Positions 1-9,988 of a stretch of 64,000 nt of DNA are shown piece by piece (the first letter of the stretch is position 1; the number at the start of each line of letters is the position of its first letter). A model generated the notes under the pieces. It was given only the letters and a program-made list of their open reading frames with translations, ran no database searches and was not told the DNA's origin. Origin of the DNA: a virus; the IMG/VR virus record IMGVR_UViG_3300025154_000049, positions 94,518-158,517 of that record, one strand, 5' to 3'. Both the position numbers and the translations under genes were made by a program.

Positions 1-468
1 ATTATAGGTAGCATAAATGTTGGGGTCTCCTCCGTCAAATCCCGACTTATTACCATCTTCTGTATTATAATTTCCAAAAATATTAGATATCTGTTTAAAT
101 GTGGCTTCCTCTATCTTGTTACTTTCCCCAGTAGAAGAATCAGCTTCCCAATATCTTTCATGAGTTCTATGTTCGGTAGTGTAATAGGTAGTACAAACTT
201 CGTTCTTACCGCTACCCGAGCAAGATGTATGGGCTTCTTGATATTCTTCTATCCACTCTGGATAATAGGTAGCTCTTATTATATGACCCGACCAAGTTTC
301 TGTATCGGAGGTCATTCCAGCATATAAACATCCGTGAATAATTCCAACTGTTGCGAATCCTATTAAAACACTAAGTAGCCACTCCCACCAAACTATTTCT
401 TTTTGTGTTATCCAAAGATAAAATCCTACTATAAGAGGGATAAAACAAATCAAATATAATGCACCCAT
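1..468 (-). CDS. membrane protein (partial, runs off window)
   Basis: Read manually: MGALYLICFIPLIVGFYLWITQKEIVWWEW..., two N-terminal TM segments, AGGAG RBS. Confidence 0.75.
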   Translation of the reverse strand, partial: MGALYLICFIPLIVGFYLWITQKEIVWWEWLLSVLIGFATVGIIHGCLYAGMTSDTETWSGHIIRATYYPEWIEEYQEAHTSCSGSGKNEVCTTYYTTEHRTHERYWEADSSTGESNKIEEATFKQISNIFGNYNTEDGNKSGFDGGDPNIYATYN

Positions 469-552
469 TATTGTCTCCTTATTATATGCAATAATATCAT
501 ATTAGCACACAATTAATTAAATATCAACTATTTCGTTATAAAAATTTACAAA

Positions 553-782
553 TAAAAAGAGTAGTCCAGCTCGACTACTCTCTAAATTAAAAGGAATCCC
601 TCAGTCTAAGATTCCTTTGGCTACTAATAGAGTACCCGTAGTCTGCCACACTACACGGAACCAGAGTATTTATAACAGCACGTAATTGACTGATGACGTA
701 CTGTTTTTATTTACCTCCGAAACGCAACTTAGCTTTCGTGGATAGCTACTCCCTACTTGCTGGGAAGAATACGTCTCACATG
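553..782 (-). ncRNA. candidate structured ncRNA
   Basis: ORF-free unit between a perfect promoter (788-816) and a terminator; several hairpins with G-U pairs on the minus strand. Confidence 0.55.
554..581 (-). terminator. intrinsic terminator
   Basis: AGAGTAGTC-GAGCTG-GACTACTCT followed by a T run. Confidence 0.75.
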
Positions 783-787
783 ATATT

Positions 788-816
788 ATTATACCACAAC
801 CGTATTATTTTGTCAA
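788..816 (-). promoter_or_regulatory. sigma70 promoter
   Basis: TTGACA-17-TATAAT with extended TG. Confidence 0.85.
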
Positions 817-820
817 GGGG

Positions 821-1633
821 CTAACCCCATTCCCATTCAATTTGTTCTTTAGTATATCCAAGTCTTTTTATGTCTGGGTCATTACAGAAGGATTCTGCTA
901 ATTCGTCGGTATCTTCTTCCTTTAAAAATTCTTCTTCATCCCTATAACCGAAAGAGTTCATATAGATAGAAATAGAATCTGGGAATATTTTACCTTTATA
1001 TTCTCCGTCCATTTTGCTATAGTCGTCAGCTAAAATATCAGCATGTAGTCCTAATCCGTTCCAAACGTATAAAGCATCACCCATAGAAAATCTTAGATAC
1101 CTAAATTCTTTGAGCAACTTAGCAAGTTCTTGTCTTGAAGGATTTTTAAAAACATCTATATTTGTTCCGCCATAATCTTTTCTCCAACCAAGAGGAGGTA
1201 ATACTACACTTTTGTAGTACTCTTCTTTTAAACCGTGTTTTATATATAAGTTAAGTATCATACCACCTTTTTGTATCTTTTTGGGAGTATTACTAAAAGT
1301 CATGTTATCCCAGTCAGCTACATATTTTCCATCTTTTAGTTCTATAACTCCTCCGACAAGATATTTCCAATTTAACTTTTCTCCAGCTTTATTTAATTTA
1401 TCTACAACGGGTTGGTGAAGAGCTGTTACATCCCAAACATAGACATCTTCATTTTCTAAATCTACAACAAATCTCATTCTAAATTTTTTATCAAAATATC
1501 CTCTATTATCTTTTATGTGATTTATATCTGATATAGTAGGATTTTTGAACACATCTGTTTCGTCATGTGTCCAAGGAAATTTATAGGAAGTTACATATTC
1601 TTCTTTTATTAATTTTAATATCTTATTAAACAT
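821..1633 (-). CDS. putative virion-internal protein with two 'VFKNP..R..W..H' modules
   Basis: N-leader MFNKILKLIKEE; internally duplicated module. Confidence 0.6.
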   Translation of the reverse strand: MFNKILKLIKEEYVTSYKFPWTHDETDVFKNPTISDINHIKDNRGYFDKKFRMRFVVDLENEDVYVWDVTALHQPVVDKLNKAGEKLNWKYLVGGVIELKDGKYVADWDNMTFSNTPKKIQKGGMILNLYIKHGLKEEYYKSVVLPPLGWRKDYGGTNIDVFKNPSRQELAKLLKEFRYLRFSMGDALYVWNGLGLHADILADDYSKMDGEYKGKIFPDSISIYMNSFGYRDEEEFLKEEDTDELAESFCNDPDIKRLGYTKEQIEWEWG

Positions 1634-2091
1634 TATCTTCTATCACTCACATCTACGATTAAAACTTTAGGTTTAACCCCTAGGATAAAAGCAGTATCTA
1701 ATCTAGTATTACCCGACATAATTCTATACCCTCTGCTGAATTTTAGTACTATTGGGACAGGCATAGCTTCGTTGTTTTTAAATCCTTTTACTATCCTATT
1801 GACATCTCTTGGAAATTTATAGTGGCTCACAAGCTCTTTGAGGTCTTCTATAGAACTGGTTTGACTTCTATAATCTATTTTATCATCAAAGCTTTTATCT
1901 ATCTCTACAAGTTTTCCTTCTTTAGCTTTCTTTATAAACTCTTTCTCGTTATCAAAGAGGCTCCAATTTTTAATATTTCTTATTTCATATTCCCAGTGAT
2001 ATTCCTGACTCAATTCTTTATCGTCAGGAAGTCTCCAAGAATTGTAGTCTAAGAAATTTTCTTTTATTATCTTTAGAATCTTCTTAAACAT
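1633..2091 (-). CDS. ParB/Srx-like domain protein with N-leader
   Basis: PVPIV...IMSGNTRL motif; leader MFKKILKIIKE. Confidence 0.55.
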   Translation of the reverse strand: MFKKILKIIKENFLDYNSWRLPDDKELSQEYHWEYEIRNIKNWSLFDNEKEFIKKAKEGKLVEIDKSFDDKIDYRSQTSSIEDLKELVSHYKFPRDVNRIVKGFKNNEAMPVPIVLKFSRGYRIMSGNTRLDTAFILGVKPKVLIVDVSDRR

Positions 2092-2092
2092 G

Positions 2093-2878
2093 TTATTTTC
2101 CAGTCATTCCTTTAACACGTTCTTCTATTTCATTATTAACCCAGTTAAAGTCTACTGTATTATATTTATCTAGTAATTTTCCGTTATAATGACTTAAATC
2201 CTTCAGTTTATCAAACTTAACTACTAAATCTTTTATGTCGTCAATATCTATTCCTTCTTTTATTTCTTTTATAGCATCTGTAAAAGATTCAGCCATTTCC
2301 ATAAAAGCAGAATCGTTTTGAACTTGTTCTCCTTTTAATTCGTTTAATATATCAAATAAATCGTCATCATCAGCGTTTAAGTATTTTGTAGAGGAAACAC
2401 CCTCTTCGGTATCTTCATAGTTGTCTTCTTCGTATATATAAGGCTCAACTAACTCTCTTAATTTATTTTCGTCGACACTACCAAAGTAGTGTTTTCCGCC
2501 AAGCACGTCTGTTATAGTATCTAGTAGACTAGGAGAGTATTCCTCATCCCTAATAGCTTCCTCTAAGTATTCCCTGAGTGAATCCAATTGATAAAATTCT
2601 GAATACTCTTCCCTAAAATTTTCATAATCTCCTCCAACCGACTCTCCCCTATTTCTGAGACCGTGTTCAAATAACCACTTACTTATTACATCCTCAGATA
2701 TTTGTTCTGTTGCTTCTAGGATATATTCTCTTAGTTGGTTTTCTTTACTATCGTTAAGTTTTCCAGCCTGAGCTAGATATGTTAAAACTCCTATCTCTAC
2801 TAGCATATTATCCAAGTCGAGGTAGTCTTCCAATAAACTTTCTGTAAGTTGTTTTAATTTTTTAAAATAGTTACTCAT
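2093..2878 (-). CDS. acidic hypothetical protein with N-leader
   Basis: Starts MSNYFKKLKQLTESLLE. Confidence 0.6.
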   Translation of the reverse strand: MSNYFKKLKQLTESLLEDYLDLDNMLVEIGVLTYLAQAGKLNDSKENQLREYILEATEQISEDVISKWLFEHGLRNRGESVGGDYENFREEYSEFYQLDSLREYLEEAIRDEEYSPSLLDTITDVLGGKHYFGSVDENKLRELVEPYIYEEDNYEDTEEGVSSTKYLNADDDDLFDILNELKGEQVQNDSAFMEMAESFTDAIKEIKEGIDIDDIKDLVVKFDKLKDLSHYNGKLLDKYNTVDFNWVNNEIEERVKGMTGK

Positions 2879-3137
2879 AAAAATGCTCTATTCCACTATG
2901 CTGAAAATAATAAATCCTGCCATCTTCACTTCTACCATATTGATAATCATTGGGGTATTTTTTCATGTCCAACAATACATTTTTATCTACATTACATTTA
3001 CTAAAGAATTCTTCTTTAGTGATATCTTCCCCATAATAAGTAGCCTCATAATACCTCTTTTGGTCTTTTTTACATATACCAACACAGGTTTGAGTGAAAT
3101 CTAATTTTTCTATTAAACTAATAATTTTTTTAAACAT
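2871..3137 (-). CDS. hypothetical protein with N-leader
   Basis: Start moved to MFKKIISLIE. Confidence 0.6.
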   Translation of the reverse strand: MFKKIISLIEKLDFTQTCVGICKKDQKRYYEATYYGEDITKEEFFSKCNVDKNVLLDMKKYPNDYQYGRSEDGRIYYFQHSGIEHFYE

Positions 3138-3138
3138 G

Positions 3139-3420
3139 TTACTTTCTCGAATATAATTCCCTAAGTTTTGATTCACCCCTCTTAGTGAGATAATATTTAC
3201 CTTTCATATCTTTAGTTATGTACTGATTAGCTATAGCAGAATGAAGTTGCATTCTTATATCATTTATAGTTTTAAATCCTTCTTCTGGGCTTCTATGGGA
3301 GGCTATATTATAAAGGAGGGTTGTCATTCCTAAGCCTGTTCTATTTTTTGCAATATCCATAGGAATAACTGCTTCCCCCAAAATGTCTTCTGTTATTTTC
3401 TTTAATCTCTCAAGGGACAT
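3139..3420 (-). CDS. hypothetical protein with N-leader, wHTH-like C-terminus
   Basis: MSLERLKKITE; YITKDMKGKYYLTKRG. Confidence 0.55.
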   Translation of the reverse strand: MSLERLKKITEDILGEAVIPMDIAKNRTGLGMTTLLYNIASHRSPEEGFKTINDIRMQLHSAIANQYITKDMKGKYYLTKRGESKLRELYSRK

Positions 3421-3758
3421 TATTCTCCTCCTCCGTCTCCACCATCCCCGTCTCCGTCATTATCATCATCCCCATAATGCCCTAAATAAGGGAATCCAAT
3501 AATCCCCTTACGAGATTTTCTTTTCTTATGTTTTTTCTTTTTTCTCTTCTCGTCTATCTCTTGAGGAACTTCTACAGAATTACATAAAGCAATTATAGTA
3601 TCAAAGGATTCTTTTTTTGAACTATATGCAATACCACTAGCTATCTCCTGAGCATGTTTCATATCCCTAGGAGTAGTATTTCCTATTTTTCCAGTACGTT
3701 CATATTTATCTAAAAGTTCTTTTATTATCACATCTTTAGATTTTCTTTTGTCTATCAT
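3420..3758 (-). CDS. hypothetical protein with basic stretch and D/G-rich tail
   Basis: ORF track. Confidence 0.6.
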   Translation of the reverse strand: MIDKRKSKDVIIKELLDKYERTGKIGNTTPRDMKHAQEIASGIAYSSKKESFDTIIALCNSVEVPQEIDEKRKKKKHKKRKSRKGIIGFPYLGHYGDDDNDGDGDGGDGGGE

Positions 3759-3937
3759 TTTTACTTTCCTTACTAATTTAAACTAAAGCTTCTTGAGAGT
3801 AGGGCATTAGATTTTTTCTAGCATTTTTTATGTATAATTTGTCAGAAGAGATAAATGTTTCTAAATTTCCATATTTTTTACTTTTAATGAATATGGTAAT
3901 CTTATCACTATCCATTAAATATTCATTTTTCATAATA

Positions 3938-5452
3938 TTATTCTTCATCCTCTTTGTGTATAAAATTAGTAATAGAATATTTAACAGCAGATAATGTTTC
4001 GTCTGCAAAATATTCTTCATCAAAACCATCAAAACCATAATAAGGTTCACTGATTCTAATCATGTCCCCCTTATTCCTAGATTTAACATAGGAAGTTAGA
4101 AATCCATCATACTCCATGTCTTCATAACTACCAAAGTAATCTATAGTATCTTTTATATCGTCTAGGGTAAAATGGAAAATAAAATTATCGTCTTCACGAA
4201 CTATATCGGGGAAATCATCTTTTATAGCACTCATTATTCCGTTGTAGGCTTCTGATTCAGTACCAGAGGTCTTAGCGTTTCTAGCACTACTGCTTATCTC
4301 GTCTAGCATTTCCTCTATATCATCAAATCCTGATTTCTCTTTAAGCTCTTCGAGGATATCATCGTCTCTTCTTTCATCAAAATAATTAATTATATCTTTC
4401 AGGGATAAATCAATTTTATACAGATACTCGTCTATGTTTGCATATCTTTCACTTTTTAAGTATTTTAGAGCATGTCCAATACTACTATCGTCTATATCTA
4501 TATCGTAAAAAATGTTGGATTCTCCCGTCAATATTTCAGTGGCTGAGTCAGGGCTTACGTAATCTCCTCTTCCGCTTTCTGTAACGGTACTTTCTATGAA
4601 CGAAGGGATATTTTCTTTATATGCTATTTTTTTAGTTTCTGGGTCGTATTGTAAATTACTATCAACACCTTGTACAAATTTATATATCTCTTCATCAGTA
4701 TGTTCTTCTATCAGAAAGAACAATTGAGGAGCATGCTCTAGTATCTCTGGTTTTTCTTTAGTCAGATTAGCATAGAACATTTTAAGTGATGGGTTATAGT
4801 CTAAGAAATCCATAAGTTCTATACTACGGTCATCACTGTCCATAAAAGAACTTGTTTCAAAATGGAACTGATATTTATCTTCTGGGTCTTCTTTATTTAT
4901 CATTATATACAAGGTTCCATTCCTTGTATAGTCGTCGTAGTATCCGCTATGTTTTCCACTAGCGGTACACCAAGCAGTTCCAGCCCCCAACTTACAAGAT
5001 GCTTCATAGGAAGTAGGAGTCCAGACTTGCCACTTTTCATCTTCAAATAAAAGCTTGGCATCTTTCATGCCTTGCTTTTTTAATTCTCTTTGTTGTTGTC
5101 TGGCTGATAGTTCAGTATCTTCTCCAGATATTTGTTGTATAGCATTATACAAATCAGGAAGAGATTTAAATTGGAATATATCTTTGTTAGTAAATTTCTT
5201 TTTATTTTCTTCAAAAGTATTTAAATAATCTGTTACTTTATAGAAATCTTCTTCCTTTAAATTTCCTTTATTGTATATAGAAAGAATCCACCTACCGTAA
5301 TTACCCAAATTCTCATTACCCCTATAGGTAGGGTCTAAGGCTATAAGCTTTCTAATCATATCTTCCTCTATGTTAGGAAAATATTTTTTAATCTCCGCAA
5401 TACCCTCATATATTAATTTATCGACTAACTTTGTAATCTTATTAAAGTTCAT
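3938..5452 (-). CDS. large-phage protein with 'DPTY...GTxWCTAS' domain, paralog of 13243-15249
   Basis: Shares NLKEEDFYKVT, KDIFQF, SYEASC, WCTAS and KYQF blocks with the paralog; N-leader. Confidence 0.7.
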   Translation of the reverse strand: MNFNKITKLVDKLIYEGIAEIKKYFPNIEEDMIRKLIALDPTYRGNENLGNYGRWILSIYNKGNLKEEDFYKVTDYLNTFEENKKKFTNKDIFQFKSLPDLYNAIQQISGEDTELSARQQQRELKKQGMKDAKLLFEDEKWQVWTPTSYEASCKLGAGTAWCTASGKHSGYYDDYTRNGTLYIMINKEDPEDKYQFHFETSSFMDSDDRSIELMDFLDYNPSLKMFYANLTKEKPEILEHAPQLFFLIEEHTDEEIYKFVQGVDSNLQYDPETKKIAYKENIPSFIESTVTESGRGDYVSPDSATEILTGESNIFYDIDIDDSSIGHALKYLKSERYANIDEYLYKIDLSLKDIINYFDERRDDDILEELKEKSGFDDIEEMLDEISSSARNAKTSGTESEAYNGIMSAIKDDFPDIVREDDNFIFHFTLDDIKDTIDYFGSYEDMEYDGFLTSYVKSRNKGDMIRISEPYYGFDGFDEEYFADETLSAVKYSITNFIHKEDEE

Positions 5453-5478
5453 ATAACATACCCATCAAACATTTATCC

Positions 5479-5486
5479 TATTTATA
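5479..5486 (-). promoter_or_regulatory. T4-like late promoter TATAAATA
   Basis: TATAAATA about 30 nt upstream of the N-leader operon 821-5452. Confidence 0.45.
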
Positions 5487-5496
5487 ATTTAAAAGA

Positions 5497-5530
5497 AATG
5501 TAGTAGAATTGTTCAAAAACTACTACATTT
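5497..5530. terminator. hairpin terminator
   Basis: AAATGTAGTAG...CTACTACATTT inverted repeat. Confidence 0.6.
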
Positions 5531-5712
5531 TATTTATTAAGTTTACAGCTACTATTTATGGGTTATTGTAGCTATCCTTAAGCCTCCATCAGTGGTAAGT
5601 CTCACATCATATACTTCAGGGTCTCCACCTTTTTTTAAATAGTCTTCTATGTAACCATTAACTTTCTCTTCTAATACATCTAATTGTAGGCTAGTTTGAA
5701 AAAATTTTACTC

Positions 5713-5907
5713 TCACTTTCTTTCTCCTTTTATAACTTTTGTTAAGTGTTTAATAAAGTCGTAAGTATCTTGTAAGAAATCTAAGGTTACTACTGGGAAT
5801 AGTATTCCTTCATTTCCGTGTGCATCCGTTGTTCTGGCGAATACTTTCATCTCTTTACTTTCATCATCAATCTCGATGATGTAGCAGGAATCTTCGTAAT
5901 ATTTCAT
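5713..5907 (-). CDS. hypothetical protein
   Basis: ORF track, coupled to the pilin stop. Confidence 0.6.
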   Translation of the reverse strand: MKYYEDSCYIIEIDDESKEMKVFARTTDAHGNEGILFPVVTLDFLQDTYDFIKHLTKVIKGERK

Positions 5908-6548
5908 TAAGGTAAGTTACCTCCTGTTATTAATTGTCCCGAACAAGCCCAACCAGTTCCATTCTTCTGACAATCATTAGTGTAACCTTTTAAGTATATA
6001 GGGTAAGCATCGTTAGGAGAATCAACTCTATTAGCAACAATACCCGTAGATGTAATCCAGAAATAGAACACATCTTCTCCTGCAACACTTCTACCTTTAG
6101 CTCCATCTACGTTTACTATGATATCTCCACAAATATTATTCATGTGTTGTTGAGCGTAATCACAATTAGGGAATATCATTCTAGGCATTATGACTATACC
6201 ATTAGCCAGAGCATACTTCTCATTATTAAATGTCTCTGGGAACATACTTCCGTCTTGTAATGATACATTTCTTAATCCAAGACTGTTATCATTACCTGAA
6301 GCTGTTTTAAGGACTATTAAGTATTTTTTTAAGAAATCACTATTTAGATTTTTTAAACTTCCGCCATTTTCGTTGGAAGCCAAACTTCCAGCATTACTTA
6401 ATACACTAGCTATAACTTGAACCTGACTTCTTCTTTTAATGTCTCTTATTTTTGTTATTGTCGTGGGAATTGTTAAAGCACATACAACTCCTATAATAAC
6501 TAGAACCAATAATGTCTCTGCTAAAGTAAATCCGCTTCTTCTTTTCAT
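5907..6548 (-). CDS. type IV pilin/pseudopilin (Melainabacteria-type)
   Basis: G/FTLAETLLVLVIIGVVCALTIPT prepilin N-methylation motif; C-terminal VDGAKGRSVAGEDVFYF. Confidence 0.85.
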   Translation of the reverse strand: MKRRSGFTLAETLLVLVIIGVVCALTIPTTITKIRDIKRRSQVQVIASVLSNAGSLASNENGGSLKNLNSDFLKKYLIVLKTASGNDNSLGLRNVSLQDGSMFPETFNNEKYALANGIVIMPRMIFPNCDYAQQHMNNICGDIIVNVDGAKGRSVAGEDVFYFWITSTGIVANRVDSPNDAYPIYLKGYTNDCQKNGTGWACSGQLITGGNLP

Positions 6549-6582
6549 TTTATAATCTCCTTTTATTTAACCTTACTTAAAT

Positions 6583-6645
6583 AGTATAGCAAAGAAAAAG
6601 GACTTTTTCAAGTCCTGAGTTACATAAGGTTAAGCTATTGTTACA
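6583..6645 (-). promoter_or_regulatory. terminator-fused sigma70 promoter plus upstream operator
   Basis: TTGAAA-17-TATACT with -35 inside hairpin GGACTT-GAAA-AAGTCC; 35 nt identical to 10501-10535. Confidence 0.8.
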
Positions 6646-6646
6646 A

Positions 6647-6928
6647 TTAAATTAATTCTACTAACTTACTAAATCTATAGATGAATATTAAATCTTTAGG
6701 ATTCTCTACTCCTTCAAAGTCGGGGAAATCTTTAAATAAATTTTTAATCTCCACTATCTGACTTCTACTAGGTATACCGTGGATAGAAAAACTTATAGTT
6801 ACTTCGTAGTTTTCTTCTTCTGCATTAGTTATCTCTATGCCATGTTCTTTTAGTTTATCCTTGAGTTCGTCTACATATATTTTTAAGTAACCGTCTTCAA
6901 GTATACTTTTTAATTTCTTGTAGGACAT
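6647..6928 (-). CDS. hypothetical protein with N-leader
   Basis: MSYKKLKSILE. Confidence 0.55.
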   Translation of the reverse strand: MSYKKLKSILEDGYLKIYVDELKDKLKEHGIEITNAEEENYEVTISFSIHGIPSRSQIVEIKNLFKDFPDFEGVENPKDLIFIYRFSKLVELI

Positions 6929-6938
6929 CGGTTCTCCC

Positions 6939-7487
6939 CTATTTATTGAATACTTTAACGTCGTCGTCTTTTCCAGTTTTGAATGAATTGTCCGTTCTAG
7001 TTGATGTTACTATAGTTACTTCTATTTCATGTCTTCCTAATAAACTTAAGAATAGTCCGCTTGGAAATTGTCTTAAAAGTTGTTTATGTTGTCTATTCAA
7101 GTCAAGTAATTCCTTTTGTCTCATCGTGAAAGAATCTCTCGAAGAGGTAATAATATTTTGCAAGTTCTGAAAGGTTTTTGTATCTATGGTAGGACAACTC
7201 TCTTGAACCCAGTTCATAATAGCTTGACCAGAATCTTTACCCTTTCTTGCATCGGCATACCCTACGATAATTTCTTTAAGAGCATCTTTTTGACCCTGAG
7301 TTACCTGAGCCACTTGGCTAATCTTTTTCCACATATTATCATACTCACTAGAATTATCTTCTTGTTTAGTTTCAATAGCTGTTCTAAGGGTTACTTCTTG
7401 ATTTGAATAATTTACAAACATGCTTCCGATAAAAAATACAGCCACTATAACTATAGTAATAATACCTAATAAAATTCTAACTAACAT
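6939..7487 (-). CDS. LemA-like membrane-anchored protein
   Basis: N-terminal TM, helical body, C-terminal QFPSGLF similar to the LemA FP motif. Confidence 0.55.
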   Translation of the reverse strand: MLVRILLGIITIVIVAVFFIGSMFVNYSNQEVTLRTAIETKQEDNSSEYDNMWKKISQVAQVTQGQKDALKEIIVGYADARKGKDSGQAIMNWVQESCPTIDTKTFQNLQNIITSSRDSFTMRQKELLDLNRQHKQLLRQFPSGLFLSLLGRHEIEVTIVTSTRTDNSFKTGKDDDVKVFNK

Positions 7488-7716
7488 AATTTCTCCTTCT
7501 TTTAATTCTTTATATACTATAACATGATTTAATTTATTTTTAAAGTACTTGTTAAGAAATATTAATCTAGGTAATTCTCATGTCCTTTTTGAATTGCCTT
7601 TCTGGTTGTTTCATTATTTAAATAAACTAATCCACATCCAGAACAAACCATCCAAGGAATACATTTTAATTTTCTAGGCTTATGAGGTTCCCATTTTATC
7701 TTAGGTTGTTCATTCA

Positions 7717-7959
7717 TTAATCTTTACCCGTATAAAAATATAAGGATGTTTCTATGGTAAAGGGTATTTCTAAGTTGAATAAAAACATATCGCAACATTT
7801 ACACCCGTTTACATACCTAAACCAAAAGTCATCTACAGATATTGGTACAAGATATAATTTAAATTGAGCTTCCTTAAAGGGGATACTAATAGAAAACCCA
7901 AATAAACAATACTTAAATAAATATATTCTTAAAAAATCAAATATTTCCAGTTCAAACAT
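7717..7959 (-). CDS. hypothetical protein
   Basis: ORF track. Confidence 0.5.
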   Translation of the reverse strand: MFELEIFDFLRIYLFKYCLFGFSISIPFKEAQFKLYLVPISVDDFWFRYVNGCKCCDMFLFNLEIPFTIETSLYFYTGKD

Positions 7960-7963
7960 CTTG

Positions 7964-8266
7964 TTACTCCGTTAGTTCTATCAAAGACCTTATTACTTCT
8001 ATAGATATATCTCTATATTCTTCTGTATTTTTAGGGTTAAAACAATCAGCTACCAAATTTAATACTTTATTAAATTTTGAATAGGATTTCTCTCGTGTGT
8101 TGTCTATCATGTCTACAGGAATAAATAGTTTAGCAGAAGATTTAAAAGTAAATTCTATGCCAATCCACTCACTTTCTGAGTTTTCACTAAATTTACTTAT
8201 CTTGATAACATATCCAGCTACTTCTTTAGTATCTATTATTCCGTTCCCTATTATATTTATTATCAC
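7964..8266 (-). CDS. C-terminal xELxx-tag protein
   Basis: ends SLIELTE. Confidence 0.7.
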   Translation of the reverse strand: MIINIIGNGIIDTKEVAGYVIKISKFSENSESEWIGIEFTFKSSAKLFIPVDMIDNTREKSYSKFNKVLNLVADCFNPKNTEEYRDISIEVIRSLIELTE

Positions 8267-8712
8267 AGCACAAGTTCTCTCATCATAGTGTATGTTGTTT
8301 TGACTCCTTTACATCTTAAGTATATTTCAAACTTATCATTTATATTAGTTGTAGAGTCATACCTATATTTTATAAATCCTACTCCAACACCATAAATAAC
8401 ACTAGAAGTGTGTTGAAGGAATAAAGGTACGTTATTATTTTTCAATACTACTAACACTTTAGAAGCAGGTTTATTAGCTTGTAGTGTCTTCATCAATTCT
8501 CTGGTATCTTTACCATACTCTTTTATCTTTTCTGCATTAGGTTTTTTCCAATCCTCTTTAAATAGAACTACATCAAAAGAATTATAAGCCTCAGAGGATA
8601 TGTCTGAATTTTCCACGTATGGATTTATATAGGTAACTACATTACCTTCCCAGATAGATTCTTCGACTTTTAAAAATTCTATTAAAGAATATAATTCTAA
8701 TTCTATGTTCAT
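8263..8712 (-). CDS. C-terminal MxEL-tag protein
   Basis: ends MMRELVL. Confidence 0.75.
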   Translation of the reverse strand: MNIELELYSLIEFLKVEESIWEGNVVTYINPYVENSDISSEAYNSFDVVLFKEDWKKPNAEKIKEYGKDTRELMKTLQANKPASKVLVVLKNNNVPLFLQHTSSVIYGVGVGFIKYRYDSTTNINDKFEIYLRCKGVKTTYTMMRELVL

Positions 8713-8975
8713 CCAATAAGTTCCCTCATAGCTACAAACTTAATCATGAACTCGCCATAACTTTTTATATCTTTGAATATTTTTAATTTACAACCATCTT
8801 TTATATTACTGTTTATAAAGTTTTCTGCATCCCAATTATTCATAGTATTCACTAATTCACAGTTATGGTCATAAGCTACATAACATAATGATGTTACGTT
8901 CTTAATAACGTAATAAGTTTCTTCGTCATATACCAAGTAGTAATAACTAGGGTTTATATCTTTTATTTTACGCAT
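8709..8975 (-). CDS. C-terminal MxEL-tag protein
   Basis: ends AMRELIG; start moved to MRKIK behind AGGAG. Confidence 0.75.
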   Translation of the reverse strand: MRKIKDINPSYYYLVYDEETYYVIKNVTSLCYVAYDHNCELVNTMNNWDAENFINSNIKDGCKLKIFKDIKSYGEFMIKFVAMRELIG

Positions 8976-9033
8976 TGATTCTCCTAATAAAAATAGAGTT
9001 GTTGCCAACTCTGGGGAAAGGGAAAGGGATTTA

Positions 9034-9234
9034 TTATCTTATTAATTCTTTCATCACTCTCTCTCTATTCACACAATCTTGATTATGGTATCTTTTGCTA
9101 CTGTACCACATTCCTGTTTTTTCTTTGATATTAATACAACTGCTTCCTTTATCTATCCATTTTTTGCACCCATCACACACAAATGATTTTCTACTTTTCT
9201 TTACGTAGATTACCTGTCTTCCGTCAGTATCCAT
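9034..9234 (-). CDS. Zn-ribbon-like MxEL-tag protein
   Basis: CDGC...HNQDC; ends VMKELIR. Confidence 0.7.
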   Translation of the reverse strand: MDTDGRQVIYVKKSRKSFVCDGCKKWIDKGSSCINIKEKTGMWYSSKRYHNQDCVNRERVMKELIR

Positions 9235-9422
9235 TAAAGTTTCTCTCCACATAATATACAATGATGATTCATTTGACAAGTGTAACAAACATTAGTAAAG
9301 CTAGTTTTAAATTTTTTCTTACATACTTTACATTTTATCTCTATAGCTTTATCTCTTTTTATCTCTTTGTCTTTACACTTAGAACACTTCATGATGTCTG
9401 CTTTCTTTTTTGTTATGTTATT

Positions 9423-9475
9423 AATATACCACAGCTTATTAATTTTTACAAGGGGTTTGTTAATAAATTGTTACA
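9423..9475 (-). promoter_or_regulatory. sigma70 promoter plus operator
   Basis: TTGTAA-17-TATATT; TGTAAC-N6-TTAACA 6 bp upstream of -35. Confidence 0.7.
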
Positions 9476-9988
9476 TTATTCAACAAGTTCTATCATAGTT
9501 TTCCTAACACGGTTTAATTTTTCCATAGTGCTCTTAGCTCTTCTTTTTACTTTTGCCCTGTCGTACCCAGTAAAAGTTATAAATGTTTTATCTTTAGAAG
9601 CAATACTCTTATGTAATTCTATCTCTTCTATCTTTCTGATGTCTCTGGTTGGTACAAGTTTAGGGAAGTCTTCGTCTTCTTCTAGTTTTATCCCGTCTTT
9701 GTCTTCACTTGCTTTTATAGTACAAGGAACTCCTACAGAATAATCAGAGTATTCATCAGGTATAAAATATTCTACTCTAGCTATAGAAGGAATTTCCTCC
9801 TCTTCAAATTTAGCATTGTATTCATCTCTGAGTCTATTAGCTTCGTAGCCAGAGGTGAATACTCCAACAACCTCTATACTGCTGGCAGAGTAAGAACCGT
9901 AGTTAGATTTATAGCTACCCATAGTAATCCACATGTTACGAACATCTTCATGGATTAGATATAAAGTATAAATAAGATTATCTTTCAT
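9476..9988 (-). CDS. C-terminal MxEL-tag protein
   Basis: ends TMIELVE. Confidence 0.75.
   Translation of the reverse strand: MKDNLIYTLYLIHEDVRNMWITMGSYKSNYGSYSASSIEVVGVFTSGYEANRLRDEYNAKFEEEEIPSIARVEYFIPDEYSDYSVGVPCTIKASEDKDGIKLEEDEDFPKLVPTRDIRKIEEIELHKSIASKDKTFITFTGYDRAKVKRRAKSTMEKLNRVRKTMIELVE

Noticed and set aside
3778-4050. 90-aa ORF
   Set aside because: It overlaps the 3938 gene; at most a ~51-aa remnant from 3933 that I cannot assign.
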